Assembly: GCA_003485765.1 (NCBI GenBank)
Contig: DNHS01000056.1
Coordinates: 8,064-72,063 of the forward strand
DNA length: 64,000 nt
Direction of reading: 5' to 3'
Origin: Candidatus Omnitrophota bacterium
GTDB taxonomy: Bacteria; Omnitrophota; Gorgyraeia; Gorgyraeales; Gorgyraeaceae
The notes under the pieces were generated by a model. It made no database searches and was not told where the DNA came from. It worked only from the letters and a program-made list of their open reading frames with translations. The position numbers were made by a program, and so were the translations under genes. How positions within the stretch are numbered: the first letter of the stretch is position 1; the number at the start of each line of letters is the position of its first letter. Below are positions 10,427 to 21,192 of this stretch, piece by piece.

Positions 10427-11157
10427 ATTGCTATTATTGCAAGGCCTTTTAGGGTAAGCTCTGGGTCTATTTTATCAATACTTTCGCAATAGGGCCCTAT
10501 AAGTTTAGAAAAACCCCCTGTAGCTATAACCTTGGCATTTCTCGAATACCGTTTTTTCAGCTTATACACTATGCCATCGCATAAACTGCTGAAACCATAT
10601 ACGATCCCTATAAGCATGCTTTCCTTTGTTTCTTTACCCAATATACCTTTTGGTTTTTTGATAATAACTTTTGGCAGAAGCGCTGTCTTTTCATACAATG
10701 CCCACAATGAAATCCCTGGGCCAGGCGCTATAACTCCGCCAATATATTGCCGCTTCTCGTTTACAATATCTATTGTTATGGCTGTGCCAAAATCCACAAC
10801 TATACATGCCCCACCGTATAGCTCATACGCAGCCCTGGCATTCACAAGCCTGTCAGAACCTACTTGCTCAGGGTTTTTGTAAAGATTCTTAACCCCGCTG
10901 TCCACATCTCTTCCAACAACTATGCAATTTATGTTAATTGTTTTTTTAACAGCCTTTTCTACATTTTTTAAAGCAATAGGCACTACGCTAGTTACAATCA
11001 CAGAATCTATAACCTTAAGATAAAGCTTTAATTTTACCTCATAGTCTCCAGCCAAATCACCAGAATACGTAGGTATTCTAAAAGCCCTCTTTAAAACCTT
11101 TTTATCAAAAATGCCATTATGAATACTTGTATTGCCAATATCAATTGCTAACAGCAT
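10423..11157 (-). CDS. coaX: Type III pantothenate kinase
   Basis: 244 aa. MLLAIDIGNTSIHNGIF ASKHA-fold N-terminus typical of CoaX. Confidence 0.85.
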   Translation of the reverse strand: MLLAIDIGNTSIHNGIFDKKVLKRAFRIPTYSGDLAGDYEVKLKLYLKVIDSVIVTSVVPIALKNVEKAVKKTININCIVVGRDVDSGVKNLYKNPEQVGSDRLVNARAAYELYGGACIVVDFGTAITIDIVNEKRQYIGGVIAPGPGISLWALYEKTALLPKVIIKKPKGILGKETKESMLIGIVYGFSSLCDGIVYKLKKRYSRNAKVIATGGFSKLIGPYCESIDKIDPELTLKGLAIIAI

Positions 11158-11159
11158 AA

Positions 11160-12122
11160 CTACCTCAGCATTGTCACATCGCCAGCAAGAACCCTTTCAT
11201 TGAGCCCTGAATCCATTCTTAATACAAGAGCGCCGTCCTTGTCAACATCTATAGCATAGCCTTCAATCTTTGTCTCGTGATATGTCACCTGAACCCTTGT
11301 GCCCAGAAAGTTTGAAAATTCTTTATATTCTCTTATAATCTCGCCTATATGGCCGCTATTAAAAAGCCTGTAATATTTGTCCATATTTTTAAAAATACTT
11401 CTTACTATTTCAACTCTGGATAACTCTCTGCCAAACTCTTCTGCAATAGAAGTTGCGCCTTTCGGCAAAAGCTCTTTTTTTGTATTTATATTAATCCCTA
11501 TGCCTATTATAACAAAATTAATCTTGTCTGTCTCCGCATTCATTTCAGTCAATACGCCGCATATCTTTTGCCTATCTATCAAAACATCGTTTGGCCATTT
11601 TATAAACGCGGCCAAATTTGTCATTTCTCTGATTGTCTTTGCGACGCTCAGAGCTGAAAAAAGCGTAATGCTGGACACCTCTTTTGGCAATATATCTGGC
11701 CTCAATATAATAGACATATATGCGCCTTTGGATTTAGGAGAAACCCAAATTCTACCCATCCTTCCTCTGCCAGCAGTCTGCGATTCTGCTATAACAATAG
11801 ACCCCTCTTTTTCTCCGGCCATGGCAAGATCATGCGCCGCATCATTGGTAGAGGCTATTTCTTTGTAAGAATAAATCTTTTTGGCTATGATATCTGTTTT
11901 AAGATGCCACTTTAGCTCCACCTCTGTTAAGCAGTCTGGTATAGAGATCAGCTTGTAGCCCAGATGCGGGAATGCCTCGATATCATAACCTTCTTCTCTT
12001 AGATTTTCTATGTGTTTCCACACTGCCGCACGGGAAATTCCAAGTTCATGACTCATATCTTCGCCTGAAATATACCCTTCTTCGTGTCTCTTAAAATAAT
12101 TTAATATTTTATCATCCAGCAT
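11160..12122 (-). CDS. birA: Bifunctional biotin-[acetyl-CoA-carboxylase] ligase / biotin operon repressor
   Basis: 320 aa. N-terminal wHTH ([26 protein letters not shown]), GRGRMGRIW biotin-binding loop, C-terminal domain. Confidence 0.85.
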   Translation of the reverse strand: MLDDKILNYFKRHEEGYISGEDMSHELGISRAAVWKHIENLREEGYDIEAFPHLGYKLISIPDCLTEVELKWHLKTDIIAKKIYSYKEIASTNDAAHDLAMAGEKEGSIVIAESQTAGRGRMGRIWVSPKSKGAYMSIILRPDILPKEVSSITLFSALSVAKTIREMTNLAAFIKWPNDVLIDRQKICGVLTEMNAETDKINFVIIGIGININTKKELLPKGATSIAEEFGRELSRVEIVRSIFKNMDKYYRLFNSGHIGEIIREYKEFSNFLGTRVQVTYHETKIEGYAIDVDKDGALVLRMDSGLNERVLAGDVTMLR

Positions 12123-14082
12123 TATTTTTTAATTCCTTTATTCTATCTCTCAATTTCGCTGCGCGTTCAAACTGTAAATTCCTAGCCAAAAGCTCCATCT
12201 CTCTTTCAAACTCAGCAATTACCATTTCTTTTTCATAATCTTCTTCACTCTGGCCAGTTGCTTCAATAACAATCTCTTCTGCTTTTTTAAGAGATTCTAT
12301 GCCGTTTCTAATAGCCTTTTCAATAGAGCGGGGCGTAATATTATTTGCCTTATTAAACTCTGCCTGTTTCTTCCTTCTCCTGTTTGTTTCCTCGATAGCC
12401 TTTCTCATTGAACTTGTTATATTGTCTGCATACATTATAACATGGCCGTCTATATTCCTGGCTGCCCTTCCTGCCACCTGAATCAAAGATGTCTCTGATC
12501 TCAGGAAACCTTCTTTATCTGCATCCAAAATAGCTACCAGAGCTACCTCTGGCAAATCCAGGCCTTCTCTCAATAGGTTTATCCCTACCAGGCAGTCAAA
12601 TTTCTGCATCCTTAAATCCCTTAATATCTCCGAGCGCTCAATAGTATCTAACTCTGAATGTATATACCTTGCTTTCAGGCCTAACTCTTTCAAATACCCG
12701 GCAAGGTCTTCGGACATCCTTTTTGTTAAAGTAGTGACAAACACTCTCTGGTTTTTAGACGCTCTTTGTTTTATGTTTTCAACAAGGTCCTGTATCTGAT
12801 TCTCAGTTGGTTTCACAGTTATTTCCGGGTCCAATAACCCTGTAGGCCTTATGACCTGTTCCGCTATCCGGCCTGAATTTTGCAGCTCGTATTCCGAAGG
12901 CGTAGCTGAAACAAATACTGTTTCATGAACAATGCCCATAAATTCTTCAAAGCTTAAAGGCCTGTTATCCAAAGCTGACGGAAGCCTGAATCCATAATCA
13001 ACAAGCGTCTGCTTGCGGGCTCTGTCTCCATTGTACATGCCTCTCAGCTGCGGCATTGTGACATGCGATTCATCAATTATTGTCAAAAAATTTTCCGGGA
13101 AATAATCCAGAAGGCAGCTTGGCCTTGAGCCAGCAAGCCTTTGGCTCAAATGCCTTGAATAATTTTCTATGCCGTTACAAAATCCCATTTCCTGAAGCAT
13201 CTCAATATCATAACGCGTCCTGGACCCTAACCTCTGTGCCTCCAATAATTTATTCTGCGCCCTTAATTCCTTAAGCCTTTCTTCAAGCTCTACCTCTATT
13301 GACCTGATAGCTGAGTCTATTCTTTCCTGCGTAGTGACAAAATGTTTGGCTGGATATATAGCTATCTTTTCAATAAAATCCGCGAGCGTGCTGCCGCTAA
13401 CAGGATCTAATTCTGAAATCTTCTCTATCTCATCTCCAAACAAACTTATCCTGAAAAATGTTTCTTTATACGCGGGGAATATATCTATAGTATCGCCTCT
13501 TACCCTAAAACAGCCTCTCTTGAAATCAACATCGTTTCTGGTGTAATGTATGTTTACAAGGCGGGATAATAAAGCGCTTCTTTTTATCGCCTCTTTCTTC
13601 TTTAAAAATAATAATAAATCTTTATAATCTTCTGGCGAACCCAGGCCGTAAATGCACGACACGCTTGCTACTATAATAACATCGCTCCTAGACATAAGAG
13701 AACTAGTAGCAGAAAGCCTGAGCCTGTCTATATTATCATTTATAGAAGCGTCTTTTTCTATATAGATATCTGCCTGCGGCACATATGCCTCTGGCTGGTA
13801 ATAATCGTAATAGCTTACAAAATATTCAACTGCATTATACGGAAAGAATTCTTTGAATTCACTGTATAACTGCGCAGCGAGAGTTTTATTATGCGATACC
13901 ACAAGCGTAGGCCTTTGGACATTACTGACCACATTAGCCATAGTAAATGTTTTACCGCTGCCAGTAACGCCAAAAAGCGTTTGATACTTCAAATTTTTTT
14001 GCAGCCCATCAGTAAGCTTATCAATAGCCTGCTGCTGATCCCCGCAAGGCTTAAATGGAGCGACTAATTGAAATTTTGGCAT
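12112..14082 (-). CDS. uvrB: Excinuclease ABC subunit B
   Basis: 656 aa. [12 protein letters not shown] Walker A, helicase motifs, C-terminal UvrB/UvrC interaction coiled coil. Confidence 0.95.
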   Translation of the reverse strand: MPKFQLVAPFKPCGDQQQAIDKLTDGLQKNLKYQTLFGVTGSGKTFTMANVVSNVQRPTLVVSHNKTLAAQLYSEFKEFFPYNAVEYFVSYYDYYQPEAYVPQADIYIEKDASINDNIDRLRLSATSSLMSRSDVIIVASVSCIYGLGSPEDYKDLLLFLKKKEAIKRSALLSRLVNIHYTRNDVDFKRGCFRVRGDTIDIFPAYKETFFRISLFGDEIEKISELDPVSGSTLADFIEKIAIYPAKHFVTTQERIDSAIRSIEVELEERLKELRAQNKLLEAQRLGSRTRYDIEMLQEMGFCNGIENYSRHLSQRLAGSRPSCLLDYFPENFLTIIDESHVTMPQLRGMYNGDRARKQTLVDYGFRLPSALDNRPLSFEEFMGIVHETVFVSATPSEYELQNSGRIAEQVIRPTGLLDPEITVKPTENQIQDLVENIKQRASKNQRVFVTTLTKRMSEDLAGYLKELGLKARYIHSELDTIERSEILRDLRMQKFDCLVGINLLREGLDLPEVALVAILDADKEGFLRSETSLIQVAGRAARNIDGHVIMYADNITSSMRKAIEETNRRRKKQAEFNKANNITPRSIEKAIRNGIESLKKAEEIVIEATGQSEEDYEKEMVIAEFEREMELLARNLQFERAAKLRDRIKELKNNAG

Positions 14083-14933
14083 ATTTCCAACGAAAAATCT
14101 ATTGAAGGAGCCGAGTGGGTGAGTTTGCCTATTGAAATTCTGTCAACTCCTGTTTTAGCAATCTTTCTTACATTCTCCAAGCTGACTCCGCCAGAAGCTT
14201 CCAAAATTACCTGTCTAAAACGGCCTTTGTCTTTAGTATCTTTAAGCTTCACGGCTTTCTTAATCTCCTCGGCTTTCATATTATCCAACATAATTATATC
14301 TGCCTCTGCTTCCAGCGCCTCTTTAAACTCTGCAATATCATCTACCTCAACCTCTATATTTTTATATCCCCTGCTTTTGAATATAGAAACTGATTTTTTT
14401 ATAGCATCTTCTCTTAATGCCCCTAAATGATTATCCTTTATCATTACCTCGTCCCATAAACCAATCCTGAAATTAAACCCTCCTCCAGCAACAACAGCAT
14501 ATTTTTCCATTTCTCTTAACCCAGGGGTTGTCTTTCTGGTATCATATATTCTGGCGCCCGTACCCTTTACTTCTTTCACAAATTCAGCAGTAAGCGTTGC
14601 TACGCCGGAAAGATGCCCCAGAAAATTCAAAACAGTCCTTTCAGCTGACAAAATATTTTTTGCAGAGCCTCTTACTGATATGATCCTTTTGTTTTTCTTA
14701 ACCCTGTCACCATCTTTATACAACGCTGTAAATGCTATCTTTTCATCAACTGCATCAAAAACCCATTTTACGACATCCGCGCCAGCTAAAATACATTCCT
14801 CTTTTACTATAATATGCGCTAATAGACTGACGGGTTTTTCAAAAATAACAGAACTTGTAATATCGCCAGAGCCGATATCTTCTTTTAAAGCGCTTATAAT
14901 TATTGGAAATACCTTTTCTTTTGTAAGTTTCAT
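14064..14933 (-). CDS. nadC: Nicotinate-nucleotide pyrophosphorylase [carboxylating]
   Basis: 289 aa with QPRTase N- and C-domain motifs ([12 protein letters not shown]..., MLDNM). Confidence 0.85.
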   Translation of the reverse strand: MKLTKEKVFPIIISALKEDIGSGDITSSVIFEKPVSLLAHIIVKEECILAGADVVKWVFDAVDEKIAFTALYKDGDRVKKNKRIISVRGSAKNILSAERTVLNFLGHLSGVATLTAEFVKEVKGTGARIYDTRKTTPGLREMEKYAVVAGGGFNFRIGLWDEVMIKDNHLGALREDAIKKSVSIFKSRGYKNIEVEVDDIAEFKEALEAEADIIMLDNMKAEEIKKAVKLKDTKDKGRFRQVILEASGGVSLENVRKIAKTGVDRISIGKLTHSAPSIDFSLEICQNFN

Positions 14934-14957
14934 CTTATTTAACTATTAACTCTGCCC

Positions 14958-15247
14958 GTGCCAGCAGTTTGCGAGGACGCAAAATTTTCCCAGCGTGAAA
15001 ATTTTGCTCCGTTTTGACCCTCGCTCGTCTGTTGAGCCAGGTGGGGTCTGAGGCACATTAGAATCGTTTCGGCAAAAGTCCGCAAGGATTTATGGTGAGT
15101 TCTGTTCAGTTGACAATACGATAGTCGACAGAAGAACGAACCATAAACCGTAGCGGACGGCGAAACGATTCAGTGCCGAATGGCCCCACCTGGCTCAACA
15201 GACACCGTGCCCGCTCGTGTCAAAGAGGCCTCTCAAACTGCTGGCAC
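14958..15247. repeat. Composite structured repeat, copy 1: module A (14958-15029 plus 15201-15247) with module B (15030-15200) nested inside it
   Basis: Terminal inverted repeat CCAGCAGTTTGCGAGG / CCTCTCAAACTGCTGG. The 57-nt core GAGGACGCAAAATTTTCCCAGCGTGAAAATTTTGCTCCGTTTTGACCCTCGCTCGTC is identical to the one at 20830-20886. The inner module has TIR TGTTGAGCCAGGTGGGGTC / GGCCCCACCTGGCTCAACA. Lies in the valS-nadC intergenic region, the nadC leader. Confidence 0.75.
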
Positions 15248-15261
15248 AGGCAGAAAGCCAA

Positions 15262-17895
15262 CTACAGATCTTCAATAGTCTTTCCCAACCTATCTATTTG
15301 TTCTCTGAGCTTCTCAGCCTTTTCCTGCTCAGCCCTGACTACGCTTTCAGGCGCGTGATCCATGAAATTTTTATCCTTCAATTTCTTTTCTGTAAACACA
15401 ATCTGTTGCTTTAATAAATCCTGCTTCTTTACCAGCCTGGCCTTTTCTGCCTCCACGTCTATTACCCCCTCCAGAGGAATAAATATATTAAACTCTTCTG
15501 TAACAGCGCTGAGAGAGCTCTTCGGCCTTATAAAATTTTCATCTATTGTCAATTTCTCAAGATGAGCCAGATTTTTGATATATTCCGCGTTATTGGATAC
15601 TACAGAACCAGCTCCTTGTTTCAATGGCGCAAGCCCTACTGTCAATTTTTTAGAATAAGCTATATTCATATCAGAACGAATATTCCTTATATTGACTATA
15701 ATATTTTTTACTATCTCTATATCGGACTCTATTTTTTTATTTATATAATGCTTATCTGCTTCGGGCCACGCTGCAATCATTATGCTGTCTCTTTCTCTTA
15801 TGCTCTGCCATATGGCCTCTGTCACAAACGGCATAAAAGGATGTAATAATTTCAGCGAATTTTCTAACACATGTATTAAGATTTCTCCTGTTCTCTGCTC
15901 TTTGCTCTCCGCGCTTTGCCCTATAATTTGCGGCTTTACCATCTCCACATACCAATCGCAAAAATCATGCCAAAAGAAATCATATAACAAGCTCTCCGCT
16001 TCATTAAATCTATAATTTTTCAATGCCCTAGTCACAGCCTCTATGGTTCTATTTAATCTGCTCAATATCCACCTGTCAGCTATAGACAGCTTTTCTTCTG
16101 CTCTATGCTCTACGCGCTCTGCCCTCTGCTCGATATTCATCAACACAAACCTTGACGCATTCCATATCTTATTCGCAAAATTCCTGCCTATCTCAAATTT
16201 TTCTTTTGATAAGAATACGTCCTGGCCAGCAGAGGTTATGGATATAATGCTAAACCTTAAAGCATCTGCGCCAAATCCATCTATTATCTCCAATGGGTCT
16301 ATTATATTCCCCAGAGATTTTGACATCTTCTTGCCTGTTGCGTCCCTGACAGTCCCGTGTATATAAACATCGCTGAACGGAATCTCTTTTATGAATTCCT
16401 TGCCTGACATAATCATCCTTGCGACCCAGAAAAATAATATCTCAGGCGCGGTTACCAGAACAGAGGTTGGGTAAAAATACTCCATGTCTTTTGTTTTTTC
16501 AGGCCACCCGAGAGTTGAAAATGGCCACAGCCACGACGAGAACCATGTATCCAACACATCCTCATCCTGTTTCAATTCTACGCTTCCGCACTTTTGGCAT
16601 TTTTCAGGCGTAACTTTTGAAACAATAACAGCGTTACATTTCTGACAATAGTAAACAGGCAGGCGATGTCCCCACCATATCTGCCTTGAGATGCACCAGT
16701 CCTTTATATTCTCCATCCAATTCAGATAAACCTTTGTCCATCTCTTTGGGTGGAATTTAATTTTTCCGCTTCTGACCGCTTCTATTGCAGGTTCTGCCAA
16801 TGGCTTCATTCTCACAAACCACTGCAAAGATAGATACGGCTCTATTACAGTATGGCACCTGTAACAATGCCCTACTGCGTGGTCATGTTTTTCTGTTTTT
16901 ATCAATAATTTCTTTTCTTCAAGTTCAGCTACTATTAACTTTCGAGCCTCAAATCTATCCAGGCCATTGAATCTGCCTGCATTTTCATTCATCCTTCCGT
17001 CAGGCCCCATGACAGTTATTGGTTCTAAATTATGCCGTTTTGCCATTTCAAAATCATTAGGGTCATGAGCAGGCGTAACTTTTACAGCGCCTGTGCCGAA
17101 TTTTTTATCCACAAAATCATCCGCAATAATGTTTATCTCTTTCCCAACAATAGGCAATATTAATTTCTTGCCCATTAATTTCTTGTATCTCCTATCCTTG
17201 GGATTTACCGCCACTGCAACATCTCCAAGCATAGTCTCCGGCCTAGTGGTCGCCACCACCACTCCTTTACCCTCTTTAAACGAATACAGTATATAGTAAA
17301 GCTTCCCCTCCACATCCTGATGAGGCGCTTCTTCGTCAGAAAGAGCTGTCTGGCACCTGGGGCACCAGTTGATTATATAATTGCCCCTATAGATCAAGCC
17401 TTTATTATAGAGTTGGACAAATGCTTCCAAAACTGCTTCTGAAAGGCCTTTATCCATGGTAAAACGCGTTCTCTCCCAGTCGCATGAAGCGCCCAGTCTT
17501 TTAAGCTGCATGATAATAGTATTCCCGTATTTCTCCCTCCACTTCCATACCTCTTCTACAAACTTTTCCCTTCCAAGCCCCTGCCTAGTGATGCCTTTTT
17601 CCCGCAGATTTCTTTCCACAACATTTTGCGTAGCTATTCCAGCATGGTCCGTGCCAGGCACCCATAAACTCGCAGATCCTTGCATCCTTTTCCATCTTAT
17701 AAGAATATCCTGTAATGTATTGTTCAGCGCGTGCCCCATATGGAGAATTCCTGTAACATTGGGCGGAGGAATTGTTATGGTAAAAGGTTTCTTGGAAGGA
17801 TCAGGCTCTGCATGAAAAAGCCTGCTATTTTCCCATTTAGAATAAATAGACTCTTCGTGATCTTTTGGATTATATCTTGGAGGTATGTCTTTCAT
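15262..17895 (-). CDS. valS: Valyl-tRNA synthetase
   Basis: 877 aa. HMGH (HIGH-class) and KMSKS motifs, C-terminal coiled coil. Confidence 0.95.
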   Translation of the reverse strand: MKDIPPRYNPKDHEESIYSKWENSRLFHAEPDPSKKPFTITIPPPNVTGILHMGHALNNTLQDILIRWKRMQGSASLWVPGTDHAGIATQNVVERNLREKGITRQGLGREKFVEEVWKWREKYGNTIIMQLKRLGASCDWERTRFTMDKGLSEAVLEAFVQLYNKGLIYRGNYIINWCPRCQTALSDEEAPHQDVEGKLYYILYSFKEGKGVVVATTRPETMLGDVAVAVNPKDRRYKKLMGKKLILPIVGKEINIIADDFVDKKFGTGAVKVTPAHDPNDFEMAKRHNLEPITVMGPDGRMNENAGRFNGLDRFEARKLIVAELEEKKLLIKTEKHDHAVGHCYRCHTVIEPYLSLQWFVRMKPLAEPAIEAVRSGKIKFHPKRWTKVYLNWMENIKDWCISRQIWWGHRLPVYYCQKCNAVIVSKVTPEKCQKCGSVELKQDEDVLDTWFSSWLWPFSTLGWPEKTKDMEYFYPTSVLVTAPEILFFWVARMIMSGKEFIKEIPFSDVYIHGTVRDATGKKMSKSLGNIIDPLEIIDGFGADALRFSIISITSAGQDVFLSKEKFEIGRNFANKIWNASRFVLMNIEQRAERVEHRAEEKLSIADRWILSRLNRTIEAVTRALKNYRFNEAESLLYDFFWHDFCDWYVEMVKPQIIGQSAESKEQRTGEILIHVLENSLKLLHPFMPFVTEAIWQSIRERDSIMIAAWPEADKHYINKKIESDIEIVKNIIVNIRNIRSDMNIAYSKKLTVGLAPLKQGAGSVVSNNAEYIKNLAHLEKLTIDENFIRPKSSLSAVTEEFNIFIPLEGVIDVEAEKARLVKKQDLLKQQIVFTEKKLKDKNFMDHAPESVVRAEQEKAEKLREQIDRLGKTIEDL

Positions 17896-17904
17896 GGCTG
17901 GGGC

Positions 17905-19476
17905 TTATCTGGCCTTGTCTTTTAATAGCTTGTATTCCACGCTATCCACAAGAGCCTGCCAGCTTGCTTCTATGATGTTTTCAGAAACTCCGACAGTGCC
18001 CCATGAGCTATTTTCGTCCTCTGACTGGATAAGGACCCTTACTTTAGCAGCAGTGCCTGCTTTTTCATCCAGCACCCTTACCTTGAAATCAGACAGATGC
18101 ATCTTTGAAAGTGTGGGGTAAAATTTTGTCAAAGCTTTGCGCAATGCATTATCCAAAGCGTTTACAGGCCCATCTCCTATTGCCGCAGTATGCTCTTCTT
18201 TTTTATTCACATTCAGCTTAATAATAGCCTCTGAAATCAGCATATCGTCTTCTCTTTTCTCAATACTAACCCTGAATCCTTCCAACGTAAAAAACGGTTT
18301 ATATCTTTTCAATTCCTTTTTCACCAATAGTTCAAAAGACCCATCAGCAGCTTCAAAATGATACCCCTGATTTTCCATAGATTGGATCAACCTCAATATC
18401 CTTTTTGTCTTGGGATCATCCTTTGTAAGGTCAAATTCCATCTCTTTTGCTTTTAGAATAATGCTGGTCTTGCCTGACAATTCAGAAACAAGGATCCTCC
18501 TATGATTTCCCACCTTTTCAGGTATTACATGTTCGTAAGACGCAGGGTTCTTCATAACTGCGTTAATATGAACTCCGCCTTTATGCGCAAAAGCGCTCCT
18601 TCCAACAAAAGGCTGGTTATCCTGAGGCCTCATATTTGAAATCTCGTTTATATACCTAGATACCTCTGTCAGCTCTTTCAGCTTAGATTCAGAACAACAT
18701 TTATACCCCATCTTCAATTGAAGATTCGGGATAATGCCGCACAAATCTCCATTACCGCATCTTTCGCCATATCCATTTATCGTGCCCTGCGCAATACTTG
18801 CGCCTGCCTCAACCGCAGCTAAAGTATTCGCAACAGCCAGGCCGCCATCATTATGAGTGTGAATCCCCAGTATAACATTAGAACACTCGCTGGAAATCGC
18901 CCTGACAATAGTCCCTAATTCATGAGTAAGCATGCCGCCGTTTGTATCGCATAAAACAACCGCATCGCATCCCGCGTTTACAGCTGAATGCAGGGTCTCC
19001 AAGGCATAATTTTTATTCCGCATATATCCGTCAAAAAAATGTTCTGCATCATAAAATACATAAAGATTCATGGATTTAAGAAATTCTACGGTGTCTTTGA
19101 TCATCCTCAAATTTTCCTGTAGAGACACCTTGAGAATATCTGTCACATGCATATCCCATGTCTTGCCAAAAATAGCAGCTAGCCTTACGCCTGATTTTAT
19201 AAGAGCCTTTAGGTTTTCATCTTCTGTTGGATTGATCTTTGGGCGCCTTGTGCTGCCGAACGCAACAAGCTCAGAATTCTTGAATTTAATTTTTCTGGCC
19301 TGCTTGAAAAATTCCATATCCTTTGGATTTGAGCCCGGCCATCCGCCTTCTATATAATGAACTCCAAACTTGTCTAATTTCTTTGCAATCTTAACCTTAT
19401 CCATCACAGAAAAAGAAATACCCTCTCCTTGTGAACCATCTCTCAATGTAGTATCGTAAATCTTGATTTCCTTCAT
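17905..19476 (-). CDS. cimA: (R)-citramalate synthase / 2-isopropylmalate synthase family (LeuA-related, CimA-like)
   Basis: 523 aa. N-terminus KIYDTTLRDGSQGEGISFS...IEGGWPGSNPKD is characteristic of the CimA subfamily. Has the C-terminal LeuA dimerisation/regulatory domain. Confidence 0.65.
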   Translation of the reverse strand: MKEIKIYDTTLRDGSQGEGISFSVMDKVKIAKKLDKFGVHYIEGGWPGSNPKDMEFFKQARKIKFKNSELVAFGSTRRPKINPTEDENLKALIKSGVRLAAIFGKTWDMHVTDILKVSLQENLRMIKDTVEFLKSMNLYVFYDAEHFFDGYMRNKNYALETLHSAVNAGCDAVVLCDTNGGMLTHELGTIVRAISSECSNVILGIHTHNDGGLAVANTLAAVEAGASIAQGTINGYGERCGNGDLCGIIPNLQLKMGYKCCSESKLKELTEVSRYINEISNMRPQDNQPFVGRSAFAHKGGVHINAVMKNPASYEHVIPEKVGNHRRILVSELSGKTSIILKAKEMEFDLTKDDPKTKRILRLIQSMENQGYHFEAADGSFELLVKKELKRYKPFFTLEGFRVSIEKREDDMLISEAIIKLNVNKKEEHTAAIGDGPVNALDNALRKALTKFYPTLSKMHLSDFKVRVLDEKAGTAAKVRVLIQSEDENSSWGTVGVSENIIEASWQALVDSVEYKLLKDKAR

Positions 19477-19479
19477 ATT

Positions 19480-20700
19480 TTACCTCTTTAATCCAAATGC
19501 TTTATGCAGCGCCCGCACTGCATCGTCTGCGTATTTCTTATTTATCACGCACGATATCTTGATTTCAGAAGTTGATATCATGTCTATATTGATCTTTTTT
19601 GAAGCCAGGGCGCCAAACATCTTTGCCGCAACTCCTGAATGGGTCTTCATACCTACGCCAACTATTGAAACCTTCGCAATCTCATTATTATAAACCACAC
19701 CCTTTGCTTTCACAGCCTTCACTATTCTAGCCACCACATCTTTTGTCTTATTGAGCTCAGCCGTAGGCACTGTAAATGACAAATCTGTATAACCACGCCT
19801 ACTTATGTTCTGAATTATCATGTCGACATTTATATCGTGTTTAGCTAGGCTTGCGAATATTTTCGCTGCTATACCCGGCCTGTCAGGCACATCACAGATA
19901 GTTACTTTTGCCTCGCCTTTATTCGCAGTTACACCGCTAACAAGAACCTCTTCCATTGACTTAACCTCCTTTGAAATAATTGTTCCTTCTTTATCTGTAA
20001 AGCTTGATCTTATATGCAAAGGAACTGAATATTTTTTTGCAACCTCTATAGACCTTGCCTGCATTACCTGCGCGCCCAGAGAAGCCAGTTCTAGCATTTC
20101 TTCATAGCTGATCACGGAAAGTTTTCTGGCGTCTTTTACAACCCTAGGGTCAGCAGTATAAACACCTTCCACGTCAGTATATATCTCGCACATATCAGCA
20201 TCCAGGGTCTTTGCGATAGCAACAGCTGTAAGGTCTGACCCGCCCCTGCCAAGCGTTGTAATCTCTTGTTCGGCATTCATGCCCTGAAAACCAGCTACTA
20301 TAACAACCTTCCCTTTTTTAACCTGTTCCCTGATCCTGTCTGCGCTTATTTTAAGAATCTTGGCCTTTGTGTGAGAACAGTCTGTAACAATGCCTACTTG
20401 CGGGCCTGTAAAAGATATAGCATCAATACCTATCTTATGAAGAGCCATTGCCAGAAGCGCCACAGATACCTGCTCGCCTGTAGATATAAGCATATCCAGC
20501 TCTCTATCGCTTGGCCTATCCGTAATCTGGCCTGCCAGTTCCAAAAGCTCGTCAGTAGTATCTCCTAAAGCAGAAACCACCACTACTATCTTATGGCCTT
20601 GTTTCTTATAACGCGCAATGCGGTTTGCTACATTCTTTATCCTGCCTGTATCCGCTACAGAGCTACCGCCGTATTTTTGAACAATCAAAGACTTTCCCAT
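19480..20700 (-). CDS. lysC: Aspartate kinase
   Basis: Motif (M)GKSLIVQKYGGSSV...VVVVSALGDTTDEL, two C-terminal ACT domains. The ORF track extends to 20775, but the 25-aa N-terminal extension is probably not translated. ATG chosen at 20700. Confidence 0.85.
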   Translation of the reverse strand: MGKSLIVQKYGGSSVADTGRIKNVANRIARYKKQGHKIVVVVSALGDTTDELLELAGQITDRPSDRELDMLISTGEQVSVALLAMALHKIGIDAISFTGPQVGIVTDCSHTKAKILKISADRIREQVKKGKVVIVAGFQGMNAEQEITTLGRGGSDLTAVAIAKTLDADMCEIYTDVEGVYTADPRVVKDARKLSVISYEEMLELASLGAQVMQARSIEVAKKYSVPLHIRSSFTDKEGTIISKEVKSMEEVLVSGVTANKGEAKVTICDVPDRPGIAAKIFASLAKHDINVDMIIQNISRRGYTDLSFTVPTAELNKTKDVVARIVKAVKAKGVVYNNEIAKVSIVGVGMKTHSGVAAKMFGALASKKINIDMISTSEIKISCVINKKYADDAVRALHKAFGLKR

Positions 20701-20806
20701 ATCGATAAATATTACCACAAATGCTAAAAATAATCTATTAAAATATTTCCGTTCACTGAGCCAAGATAGGGTCATTCAACATTGAATCGTTTCAGTAATT
20801 CGCTAA

Positions 20807-20959
20807 TGCTGCTAAGGCTACTGGGTTTCGAGGACGCAAAATTTTCCCAGCGTGAAAATTTTGCTCCGTTTTGACCCTCGCTCGTCCCAACGCTATTCGC
20901 GTCGGGACACCAGCCCGCTCGGGTCAAAGAGGCCTCTCAACCCAGTAGCCTTAGCAGCA
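20807..20959. repeat. Structured repeat module A, copy 2 (stand-alone, about 153 nt)
   Basis: TIR TGCTGCTAAGGCTACTGGG / CCCAGTAGCCTTAGCAGCA. Shares the 57-nt core with copy 1. A small hairpin (CCCAACGC-tattc-GCGTCGGG) sits where copy 1 carries module B. Confidence 0.75.
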
Positions 20960-20986
20960 AAAATACTATCACAATATTTTAGTCAT

Positions 20987-21177
20987 TTGCTGAGCCAGGC
21001 TGGGGCCTGAGGCACATTTGAAAGGTTTTGGCACCATGTTTATTTTACTTTTAGTGCGCAAGGATTTACAGCGAGTTTCGATCAAGTGACAATACGATAG
21101 TCGACAAAGAAACGAGCTGTAAACCGTAGCGCACCCAAAAGCATTTCTGTGCCGCAGACCCCAGACTGGCTCAGCAA
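20987..21177. repeat. Structured repeat module B, copy 2 (stand-alone, about 191 nt)
   Basis: TIR TTGCTGAGCCAGGCTGGGGCCTGAGGCAC / GTGCCGCAGACCCCAGACTGGCTCAGCAA. Conserved apex GTGACAATACGATAGTCGACA. The internal stem shows compensatory substitutions relative to copy 1. Lies in the long lysC leader. Confidence 0.75.
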
Positions 21178-21192
21178 AACGAAACAAATGAT

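Noticed and set aside
20969-21187. 72-aa minus-strand ORF inside repeat module B
   Set aside because: It lies entirely within the structured repeat and has no RBS. The homologous module B copy at 15030-15200 has no equivalent ORF.
20701-21192. Lysine riboswitch (L-box) in the 490-nt lysC leader
   Set aside because: No L-box consensus segments could be recognised. The structured modules present here also occur upstream of nadC, so they are a repeat family rather than a lysine-specific riboswitch. This needs a covariance-model search to be definitive.
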